64,000 nt of DNA, from the NCBI GenBank assembly GCA_016926175.1, contig JAFGPA010000024.1:279-64278 (forward strand), given 5' to 3'. The notes under the pieces are model-generated. The model was not told where the DNA came from. It worked only from the letters and a program-made list of their open reading frames with translations, and ran no database searches. Both the position numbers and the translations under genes were made by a program. Origin of the DNA: Candidatus Micrarchaeota archaeon. GTDB taxonomy: Archaea > Micrarchaeota > Micrarchaeia > Anstonellales > Bilamarchaeaceae. Below are positions 29,243 through 37,072 of this stretch, one piece after another. Numbering within the stretch: the first letter of the stretch is position 1; each line of letters begins with the position of its first letter.

Positions 29243-30361
29243 TTGACATCCCCTCCCCGGAGGTCTGGTTTCCAGGCCTTTGGGGCCCACCCAGGAATCA
29301 TTATGAGAACTGTAGATCTGCCATTGCACCCAGGCAAATGCCCTTCCTGGCTCTTCAGCAGAATGAGGCCTTTGACAAAGGCAATAAGCCAGATAATAAT
29401 CGACAATTACGGAACCCAAGAGCTGCTTGCAAGGGTTTCCGATCCGATGTTTTTCCAGTCTCTTTCCTGCGTTATCGGGTTTGACTGGCACTCAAGCGGA
29501 ACCACCACCACTACCTGCGGAGCAATCAAAGAGGCGCTGACTGAAGAAATGGGTGTGATTGCATGCGGAGGCAAAGGAAAAGCATCAGGAAAAACCCCCC
29601 TGGAGATCGAAAAATTCGGGGAAATCTTCTCTTTTTCTGATTCTAAAATTTCAAAACTGAAAAAATCCAGCGGCATGGCAGCAAAAGTGGATTCCTCATG
29701 CATCCAGGACGGCTATTCTCTTTATCACCATTCATTCTTGTTTGATGAAAAAGGAAACTGGACTGTGGTCCAGCAGGGCATGAACCCTGCAAACAGATAT
29801 GCACGAAGATATCACTGGTTCAATGAACCTCAATTCGTGGACGCTCCTGAAACAAAAATAGCGGGGTCATTGGAAAAAGAGGTTCTCAATCTTGTCAGCA
29901 GGGAAACGAGAGAGACAAGAAGAATCAGTGTTGATCTTGTGAAAGACAATCCATGCCGGCTAAGGAAATATTTTGACGGCCAAATGACCCTGGGAGAGGA
30001 GCATTACAAAATGCCGGAGCGCCATGAAATCCTGCCTCTTGACTTGACAAAAAAAGACTGGGAACTGCTCCAGCAGGCATATGAGCTGCAACCTGGAAAT
30101 TACGAGGAACTGGTTGCACTTAAGGGCATGGGAGGAAAAAAGCTGCGTGCCCTTGCACTGGTGTCAAAAATGATCCATGGAACAAGGCTGGACTGGAAAG
30201 ATCCCGTGAAATTTTCCTTTGCCCATGGCGGTAAAGACGGCATTCCATATCCTGTGGACCGGCAATCCTATGACAATACCCTGTCTTTTTTGCGCGGTGT
30301 TGCTGCAGCAATGGACGGCAGCGAAAAAGAAAAAGCACTCAGGCGTTTGGCTGTCCTGTAA
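29243..30361 (+). CDS. Conserved archaeal protein (DUF763-like), function unknown
   Basis: 372 aa, soluble; GFDWHSSGTTTTTCGAIK segment; family assignment from memory, low certainty. Confidence 0.35.
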   Translation: MTSPPRRSGFQAFGAHPGIIMRTVDLPLHPGKCPSWLFSRMRPLTKAISQIIIDNYGTQELLARVSDPMFFQSLSCVIGFDWHSSGTTTTTCGAIKEALTEEMGVIACGGKGKASGKTPLEIEKFGEIFSFSDSKISKLKKSSGMAAKVDSSCIQDGYSLYHHSFLFDEKGNWTVVQQGMNPANRYARRYHWFNEPQFVDAPETKIAGSLEKEVLNLVSRETRETRRISVDLVKDNPCRLRKYFDGQMTLGEEHYKMPERHEILPLDLTKKDWELLQQAYELQPGNYEELVALKGMGGKKLRALALVSKMIHGTRLDWKDPVKFSFAHGGKDGIPYPVDRQSYDNTLSFLRGVAAAMDGSEKEKALRRLAVL

Positions 30362-30370
30362 ATAAAAAAA

Positions 30371-31252
30371 TCAGAACGTTACCGGCCTGCCCGGAATCCT
30401 GGGAAAAAGCTGGACATCCCCAACATGCTCTGCTTCTGCAATGTATCTGACAAGGCGGTCTACACCTATCCCCCCGCCTGCTGACGGAACAATTCCCTGC
30501 CTGGCAAATTCAACATACTCCATGTTTTTTTCCAGTATGCCGTGGGATTTCATTCTTTCCAAAACAGCTTCAGTTTCATGGATCCGCTGCCCTCCTGAAA
30601 GAACCTCGCCATATCCTTCCGGCAATATCAGGTCATAGTTGTTTTTTTCATCATCATAAAACTCTCTTTCAAGGCCAAGCGCCCAGAACGGATGCCTGCT
30701 TTTCCTGGACATAATGGTTTCCCAATCAGGCCCGTATTCAGCTTCCAGATCCTTTACCAGGTGCCTTTCAAACGGCATTTCTATTTTACCGCGCTCTTTC
30801 AATGATTGGAATTCTTCAGAAAGTGAAACCATGAATCCCTCCACAATCCTGAAAACATCCTCTTTTTTCCCATGCGCAATTTCGAAATCTACCTGCATAA
30901 ACTCAAAGGCATGCCTGCCTGTTTTTTCCCTGTGCGGCTGTTCCAGCCGGATATTCGGCGACATGATGAATATCTTTTCAAATCCTTCTGCTATGAGCTT
31001 TTGCTTATGCAGTATCATGGACTGCATAAGTGAAAGATTCTGGCCGCCGTATTCTATGGTTCCTGTTTTCAGGACCGCGCTTCCGGGATCGCCGTCCAGA
31101 GGATCTGTAATGCAAGCAAGCATCACAGGCTTTATTTCCAGGAAGCCTTCGCTGCGGAAATATCTTTGGGCATGATCCAACACCTTGTCGGTAATCCTTG
31201 CTATCTCTACTCTTGTTAATCCGTTCATATCATTCACCTGATCCAGAAACAA
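30371..31252 (-). CDS. AsnA-type asparagine synthetase (archaeal AsnRS paralog lacking anticodon-binding domain)
   Basis: 293 aa class II aaRS catalytic core only: motif 2-like HAFEFMQVDFE, motif 3 GGGIGVDRLVRYI; length matches archaeal AS-AR. Confidence 0.7.
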   Translation of the reverse strand: MFLDQVNDMNGLTRVEIARITDKVLDHAQRYFRSEGFLEIKPVMLACITDPLDGDPGSAVLKTGTIEYGGQNLSLMQSMILHKQKLIAEGFEKIFIMSPNIRLEQPHREKTGRHAFEFMQVDFEIAHGKKEDVFRIVEGFMVSLSEEFQSLKERGKIEMPFERHLVKDLEAEYGPDWETIMSRKSRHPFWALGLEREFYDDEKNNYDLILPEGYGEVLSGGQRIHETEAVLERMKSHGILEKNMEYVEFARQGIVPSAGGGIGVDRLVRYIAEAEHVGDVQLFPRIPGRPVTF

Positions 31253-31859
31253 TTTTCATCGCCGATCCGAACTGCTGCTTCACCAGCCTTACAACCTCTC
31301 CATAGGGCATCTGTACAGAATACTGCTGTGCAGTATCATCTGTTCCGCCAATTGATACATCCATCATTCTTTCCGGATCAACTTTTCCTGCAAAAACAAG
31401 ACCCGAAACCTGTTTTGCAGCCTGCTCGCTCATGAATGGACTGCATGTTCCGCCTTTCATATCATCCGGCAGTTTGAATGTGTGCTTTGCACGCTTTGCC
31501 TGCGCTCCTGAAATTCCAAAAGCCGTCAATGCCTTTGAATCAAGCTTTTCAGATGCAGCCCTGATTATTCCATAAGTGCGCGGAGCTATTCCCTGCTTTT
31601 CCTCCTCCCTGGTCTGCACATCAAAAAACGCTATTGTAAGTATCTGGTCCATTGAAAATCCAGTTGCTCTTGCCTTTGATTCACATTTGCCATCAGAAAC
31701 ATGGGTATGGACGAGTTTTGCCCTGCCAGCTAATACCATTGCTTCAAGATAAGGCAATTTTGCAAGCCTTGAAGAGGTTTCAAATGAATAGGCCTCCGGC
31801 GCCTTTTCTTTGAATCCATCTTTTTGTGGTCTGATGACTCTTGCTGTGGACAAATACAT
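31230..31859 (-). CDS. YbaK/ProX-family aminoacyl-tRNA deacylase-like protein
   Basis: KHTFKLPDDMKGGTCSPF resembles the YbaK GG(V/I)SP(L/F) substrate-binding motif with upstream Lys; 209 aa. Confidence 0.45.
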   Translation of the reverse strand: MYLSTARVIRPQKDGFKEKAPEAYSFETSSRLAKLPYLEAMVLAGRAKLVHTHVSDGKCESKARATGFSMDQILTIAFFDVQTREEEKQGIAPRTYGIIRAASEKLDSKALTAFGISGAQAKRAKHTFKLPDDMKGGTCSPFMSEQAAKQVSGLVFAGKVDPERMMDVSIGGTDDTAQQYSVQMPYGEVVRLVKQQFGSAMKIVSGSGE

Positions 31860-31905
31860 GTTATTGTTGTTATTTTCATTATATATAAACTTTAGCTGGA
31901 AAAAT

Positions 31906-31962
31906 CCGGAAATTTTCCAAAAAAAACCGGACTATTAATGAAATCTCCGGATATTATCCGGC
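31906..31962. promoter_or_regulatory. Pair of operator-like motifs TCCGGAAATTTTCC (31906-31919) and perfect palindrome TCCGGATATTATCCGG (31947-31962), 41 nt apart, upstream of the ybaK-like/asnA operon promoter (TATA tatatataaa 31881-31890)
   Basis: Read directly; the same motif pair with identical spacing recurs at 34255-34309. Confidence 0.5.
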
Positions 31963-31987
31963 ATTATGTCATTTTATCTCGATAAAA

Positions 31988-33112
31988 TCAGGCAACAAAT
32001 TCCTGCAGTATATCTATGAGCTCAAGATAGCTGTTTTTGGATACCCATTCACTGCATGAATGTTCTCCGTCTCCTATAGGTCCGAATGAAATCACCGGTA
32101 TGCCCTGCATTGCAATAAGATTCTCATCGGCAACCGACATTCCGGCATTGTAATTTGCCGGAACCCCAAACTTCCTCTCTATTATTGAAGCCAGTCTTCT
32201 TACTCCGGGATGCTCCTTTTTCGTAAGATAAGGCAGCAGATATGGAACATCCCTTTTTCTTATATTAACTTCCGGCTTTTTCATCTGGTTTCTTAGGAGC
32301 CCCGCAGAATGCATGGAATCCATTGTTTTTCTGAGTCCATCAAGTGCACTTTCTATTGTTTCTCCTGATACGAGATGCCTGCTTACCACCATGTCTGCAC
32401 TGTCAGGAACAGAAAGTGAATTGCTTTCAGCGCTTATCTTCCTGACGAAAATATCCCCTCTGCCCATGAAAGGGTCGGATGGCAGTCCGGAGTTCATTTT
32501 TTCAATTTCAATTGCAATTGCCGATGCCTCAGTTATCGCAGATATCCCTCTCTCAAGATGGGCTGCATGAAAGCCTTTTCCATGAACTGCAATTGCGTAT
32601 TCGCTTCTTCCCCTCCTCCCGAGAGTTATTGTCCTGGTGTGCCCTGCCATCTCATGAACATCTGATATTTCGGGCACAATAACAAATTCCACATTATCAA
32701 GGAATCCAGATTTTATTGCCTGGTAACATCCCAGTGATTCATTCTCCTCATCACTTACAAACATTATTTTGACCGGCCGGGCTGTTTTTTCTGCTGCCTT
32801 TACAATGGCGGCTATCCCTGCTTTCATGTCATAGGCACCAAGCCCGTAAAGTTTTCCGTCCATTTCTTCAAGTTTTAGCGGATCTCTTTCATAATTATGA
32901 GGCGGTACAGTGTCCATATGGCCTGCCAGCAGAACCGGCCTTCCTTCCCCTTTTTCTGCAAGAACATTGTATCTGCCTGGCTGAAATTCCTGAAGCTCAA
33001 CAGCAAATCCGGCACCTTCAAGCTGAGCTGCAAGGAAATGGGCGAGTTCGGCTTCTCCTGGAAATACTGAATCAATGCTGACGATTTTACTTAAAAGTTC
33101 TATTGGTTCCAC
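31988..33112 (-). CDS. M20-family metallopeptidase/deacylase (ArgE/DapE/LysK-like)
   Basis: LAGHMDTVPP and GAYDMKAG metal-binding motifs of the M20 family; 374 aa. Confidence 0.8.
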   Translation of the reverse strand: MEPIELLSKIVSIDSVFPGEAELAHFLAAQLEGAGFAVELQEFQPGRYNVLAEKGEGRPVLLAGHMDTVPPHNYERDPLKLEEMDGKLYGLGAYDMKAGIAAIVKAAEKTARPVKIMFVSDEENESLGCYQAIKSGFLDNVEFVIVPEISDVHEMAGHTRTITLGRRGRSEYAIAVHGKGFHAAHLERGISAITEASAIAIEIEKMNSGLPSDPFMGRGDIFVRKISAESNSLSVPDSADMVVSRHLVSGETIESALDGLRKTMDSMHSAGLLRNQMKKPEVNIRKRDVPYLLPYLTKKEHPGVRRLASIIERKFGVPANYNAGMSVADENLIAMQGIPVISFGPIGDGEHSCSEWVSKNSYLELIDILQEFVA

Positions 33113-34107
33113 AGCTGTTCCCTGCCATTTCCTGGTGTATGAACCCAGACATTCAGGTTTTCATATTCTCCCTGTTCCTTGAAATCCCTGTCGCTTTCAA
33201 GGACGCAATGCTTTGGCAGGGTTCCGCAGTATTTCATCCCTGCTTTTTTTGAGGATCTGTTGACCGGTGTCCATGCTGCCCGGTCTTCTGCATAGATTAT
33301 GGCTTCATACCCCTTCTCCATCCTTCTAATGGTCTTTATTGCTTCCATCTGCATGAGTGTTATCAGCCCGTTTCCCCTATGGTCTTTTCTTGTTGCATAA
33401 TCGCTTAGCTCGAAAAGGTCAACCTTTATCTTTCCGCCATTGATAAAAAGCTGGCAGTGCTCTGCAATAAGCGCTGAAACAATATCTGCATTTCCGTAGC
33501 GCCCAACGATCACTATGTTGCCGTTATTGAGCATGCCCTTTACAGAATCCTCTGTAATTTCAAAAGTATACTTCTGGTATGCCTCGTTGTAGAGATATAG
33601 CAAGTCATCAGCATCCTTTTGTTCCGACCCTGAGAGCCTTGATATTGCATATCCGTTTTTTTCAACTCTTTCCATTGCATCACGGTAATTCACCGGCGGT
33701 ATGGACTGAAGTGCATCTATCCCCTGAAGCTCCTGCCGGAGAACTACGGGATCAGGCATTCTCTCACAGCTGTTCCCTCCAAGATATACCATTTCACATC
33801 CTTTGAGGGCGTTGCCTGCATCAAATCTTGCTTCAATTTCAAGGCCGTGTTCCCCAAGTTTTCCTTTCAGATCTTCTACAAGTCCCTTTGCCGCGAAAGC
33901 CCTTATGGTTGTTCTTGTATGGCCATTTGATTTTGCCTTTGTATTCTTTATCTGGTTCAGCATGGCAAATGCATGAAGCTGGCTGTCCAGAATATAAGAG
34001 CAAACCCCCTTTACCCTGTTGTTGTGGCTATCATATATTGGCGGCCATACTGCGCCCACAGAGCCTGCCTTTGCCTTTCTTTCAATTATTGCCTCTCCCA
34101 ATGCCAT
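33100..34107 (-). CDS. Two-domain protein with C-terminal GNAT acetyltransferase domain
   Basis: C-terminal HRGNGLITLMQMEAI (GNAT motif A acetyl-CoA loop); N-terminal ~170 aa of unknown fold; overlaps the M20 gene by 13 nt. Confidence 0.5.
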   Translation of the reverse strand: MALGEAIIERKAKAGSVGAVWPPIYDSHNNRVKGVCSYILDSQLHAFAMLNQIKNTKAKSNGHTRTTIRAFAAKGLVEDLKGKLGEHGLEIEARFDAGNALKGCEMVYLGGNSCERMPDPVVLRQELQGIDALQSIPPVNYRDAMERVEKNGYAISRLSGSEQKDADDLLYLYNEAYQKYTFEITEDSVKGMLNNGNIVIVGRYGNADIVSALIAEHCQLFINGGKIKVDLFELSDYATRKDHRGNGLITLMQMEAIKTIRRMEKGYEAIIYAEDRAAWTPVNRSSKKAGMKYCGTLPKHCVLESDRDFKEQGEYENLNVWVHTPGNGREQLWNQ

Positions 34108-34254
34108 TTTACCACCTATGGCAGCATCTAAGCTGCCTTTTATATTGTTATTATCAATGAACTATTTTTAAATATATCGTAGAAATTATTCGAATCTCAT
34201 AATTTTTTATGAATTCTTTTTCGAATTTCGTATAACCCAATTTAACTGCCTTTT

Positions 34255-34309
34255 TCCGGATTTTTTCCAAAAAACGATGGATTTTTAAATAGTTTTCCGG
34301 ATATTATCC
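34255..34309. promoter_or_regulatory. Pair of operator-like motifs TCCGGATTTTTTCC (34255-34268) and TCCGGATATTATCC (34296-34309), 41 nt apart, bracketing a TATA-like tttttaaata (34282-34291) immediately upstream of the Lrp/AsnC gene start
   Basis: Read directly; homologous to the motif pair at 31906-31962. Confidence 0.5.
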
Positions 34310-34313
34310 AATA

Positions 34314-34769
34314 GTGGACTTTCCTCACCTCGACCAGAAAGATCAGGATATCCTCCATGCACTGCAAAAAGACTCCCGAAAAACAGTTGCAGAGCTTTCC
34401 AATGAACTCGGCATTCCCCGTGCCACGGTGCATGAGCGTATCGTGAAACTGCGGAAAACAGGCGTGATAAAGCGCTTTACAATCGAACAGGACTATGGCC
34501 GGACAGGCAAGCCCACAATGGCTTTTGTTTTTGCGTCCTACGACAGGAATGCACACATTGATCAGCACCAGCTTGCCAAAAAGGTTTCCCAGGTTGGAGG
34601 GGTCCTTGGAGTGTATGTGGTGTCAGGCGAATGGGATCTTCTTATAAAGGTTCGGGGCAAATCCATTGAGCATATAGGAACCCTGATTGTCGATGAAATA
34701 AGAAGACTGCCCGGAATATTCAAGACTCATTCCATAGCATGCTTCGAGGCTGTGAAGGACGACATATGA
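34314..34769 (+). CDS. Lrp/AsnC-family transcriptional regulator (GTG start)
   Basis: N-terminal HTH DQDILHALQKDSRKTVAELSNELGIPRATVHERIVKLRKTGVIKRFT and C-terminal RAM domain; 151 aa. Confidence 0.85.
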   Translation: MDFPHLDQKDQDILHALQKDSRKTVAELSNELGIPRATVHERIVKLRKTGVIKRFTIEQDYGRTGKPTMAFVFASYDRNAHIDQHQLAKKVSQVGGVLGVYVVSGEWDLLIKVRGKSIEHIGTLIVDEIRRLPGIFKTHSIACFEAVKDDI

Positions 34770-34791
34770 CAATTCAGATAAAAGGGATATC

Positions 34792-35172
34792 ATGGGAAAT
34801 CCGGCATTGAAAATGAAACCAGAAACGCGAAATCCAAATTCTGCCTCCTGCATTTCAGAAGCAATGATAAAGGCTTTCAAAAACCTGCTCAGGAAATCTG
34901 AACATGGGGCTGTTATGAAGCTGCCCAATTTCCAGGATCCGTCAGGAATTTCAAGCTACCATCTACAGAGCGATGATGCAAGAAAAACAGAGAAACATCT
35001 TATCAGCTTTGCGAACTCCATGGTTGAAATTGCAAATCACCATGAACTTTCTGAAATGAGAAGCCTGCTTTCAGAAAGCGTGCTTTTAACATGCGAGAAT
35101 TCCTATCAGCACCGGGAGCTGAAAGACATTGTTTTTGGGCATCCGGAAAAAACCCGCTTCTCCGGCCAGTAA
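34792..35172 (+). CDS. Hypothetical protein (126 aa) between two Lrp paralogs
   Basis: ORF only. Confidence 0.25.
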   Translation: MGNPALKMKPETRNPNSASCISEAMIKAFKNLLRKSEHGAVMKLPNFQDPSGISSYHLQSDDARKTEKHLISFANSMVEIANHHELSEMRSLLSESVLLTCENSYQHRELKDIVFGHPEKTRFSGQ

Positions 35173-35202
35173 CTTAATTAATCTTGTCCTGGATTTCAAA
35201 AT

Positions 35203-35607
35203 ATGGATGAAACCGACAATAAAATTCTTGCCATTCTCAGGGAAAACTCAAGGACATCCAATATTGAAATCTCCAAAAGGGTTGGCCTTACAGAAGGTGC
35301 GGTAAGATCCAGAATCAAAAAATTAACAGAAGACGGCATCATAAAAAAATTTACCATAAAAATAGCAGAGCAGTCTGCAATCAATGCAGTGGTGCTTCTC
35401 AAGGCCAAAAAAGAAACAAAGAAAATGATGGAAGATGTCTCGGCCCTTGGCATCCATCAGGATGCATATGAAATTTCCGGCGAATTCGACGGCTGCATAA
35501 TACTTTTTGCATCTTCAATGGAAAAGCTGGATGAAAAAATAGACCGGATAAGAAATCTGCCTTCGGTTTCAAACACCCAAACCTTTATCTCTTTCCGCCA
35601 TTACTGA
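35203..35607 (+). CDS. Lrp/AsnC-family transcriptional regulator (second paralog)
   Basis: DNKILAILRENSRTSNIEISKRVGLTEGAVRSRIKKLTEDGIIKKFT HTH + RAM domain; 134 aa. Confidence 0.85.
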   Translation: MDETDNKILAILRENSRTSNIEISKRVGLTEGAVRSRIKKLTEDGIIKKFTIKIAEQSAINAVVLLKAKKETKKMMEDVSALGIHQDAYEISGEFDGCIILFASSMEKLDEKIDRIRNLPSVSNTQTFISFRHY

Positions 35608-36976
35608 AGAACTCATTATATATGGCCCTTGCAGTTGTCAATCCATCTCCTTCCTTGGCCCACAGGGTCTTGGTAATGCCAAACTGCTGCTGTATCGGAA
35701 CATCAACATCGGCACTTTCCACTGCCTGGAGTATCCTTCTTCCTGCATCCCTTATCCAGCTGAGGCCCTGGCCTACAACAGCAATCGTACTCAGCCTGTG
35801 CGTCATAATGTCCTGAGGCATGATTTTCATTCTCAATGTCTGGACAACATCGGATATTGAAAGCCCGGCCTTCTGGATATTCTCTTCTTTTACAATTATG
35901 ATCATCCTGTTGGTTGATCCCAGAGGAGCTTCAATAGAGATTCCTGTTCCCATTGAAGCGAACATCCCTGCAAGGTTTTCAAGGAATCCGACAAGGTTTG
36001 CAATTCCGGGCTTGTTTATCTCGAATCCTACAAAATGGCCTCTATGAACTATCCCTGTTACTGCATTGCCTTCTTTTCCTCTTTGCGGAAGAACATAAGT
36101 GCCATCAGAATCCTCGTTGAATGTATTGAGCACCTGAGTCCCTATCCTGTGATTCAACAAGGGAACTGTTGCCGCATACTGGAAAACGCCAAACTTGCCA
36201 CCCAGAGTCAGCTCAGTCAGCTCATTATGCGTCATGGTGCTGATCAGGGGGGCATTTGATGCAACCTCAGGCTCAACCGCAAATATGCCATCTACATCAG
36301 TGAAATTCTGGTAAAGGCCTGCGCCCAGTGCAGCTGCAATAATTGCTCCGCTGTAATCGCTTCCTCCACGTTCAAATGTCTGTATCCTTCCTTCACCGTC
36401 ATATCCATAGAATCCTGGCAGTACAACCCGGTATCCTTCATCAACATACCTGAGAATATTTTTCTTTATTTCTTCAAACTGGCGTTCCGGAACAATATAT
36501 CTTCCTCCTTCCAGCTCCAGCATCATTGCGGCATCTTTAGGTTCGAGGAATATTGCCTTCATGCCGTGTGAACTCAAAACTTCTGCAAACAGCGGGCCAT
36601 TGAAATATTCACCTGCAGAGTCAATGGCAGGGCCCTGACCCTGTTCAAGCCTTGTTGCAAGATACTCTCTTATCTTCGGGCTGATGACAGGTTCTATTCC
36701 AAGGCCTTCTTCAAGCATTGCAAATCTTTTTTCAATTGCAGTTACCTCTTCTTCCACAAGGCCTTCCTTTTTTATCCTGATCAGCCGGTCAGTCATCTTT
36801 ATCCTGTCTGCTCCGGATTTTCCTGAAGGGTCATTCAGTTTATTTATTTTTCCGGGAGCAGATACCACTACCACCCGCGCGTCATTATTTTTCCGAAGCC
36901 TTCCTGCCACCATTCTCATACTGTCCGCTGTTGCTACCGAAGTACCGCCAAATTTTGCAACTGTTAAACTGCCCAT
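35585..36976 (-). CDS. Aspartate kinase (with C-terminal ACT domains)
   Basis: VAKFGGTSVATADSMRMVA N-terminal amino-acid-kinase motif; 463 aa. Confidence 0.9.
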   Translation of the reverse strand: MGSLTVAKFGGTSVATADSMRMVAGRLRKNNDARVVVVSAPGKINKLNDPSGKSGADRIKMTDRLIRIKKEGLVEEEVTAIEKRFAMLEEGLGIEPVISPKIREYLATRLEQGQGPAIDSAGEYFNGPLFAEVLSSHGMKAIFLEPKDAAMMLELEGGRYIVPERQFEEIKKNILRYVDEGYRVVLPGFYGYDGEGRIQTFERGGSDYSGAIIAAALGAGLYQNFTDVDGIFAVEPEVASNAPLISTMTHNELTELTLGGKFGVFQYAATVPLLNHRIGTQVLNTFNEDSDGTYVLPQRGKEGNAVTGIVHRGHFVGFEINKPGIANLVGFLENLAGMFASMGTGISIEAPLGSTNRMIIIVKEENIQKAGLSISDVVQTLRMKIMPQDIMTHRLSTIAVVGQGLSWIRDAGRRILQAVESADVDVPIQQQFGITKTLWAKEGDGLTTARAIYNEFFSNGGKR

Positions 36977-37072
36977 TTAATATTCACCTCTTGTAACCGT
37001 TTTTATTTTACGAAATAATTAAAAATTAATGCTTTAAACTGCGATTTTCGTAAATAAAAAAATAAGTAAAAA

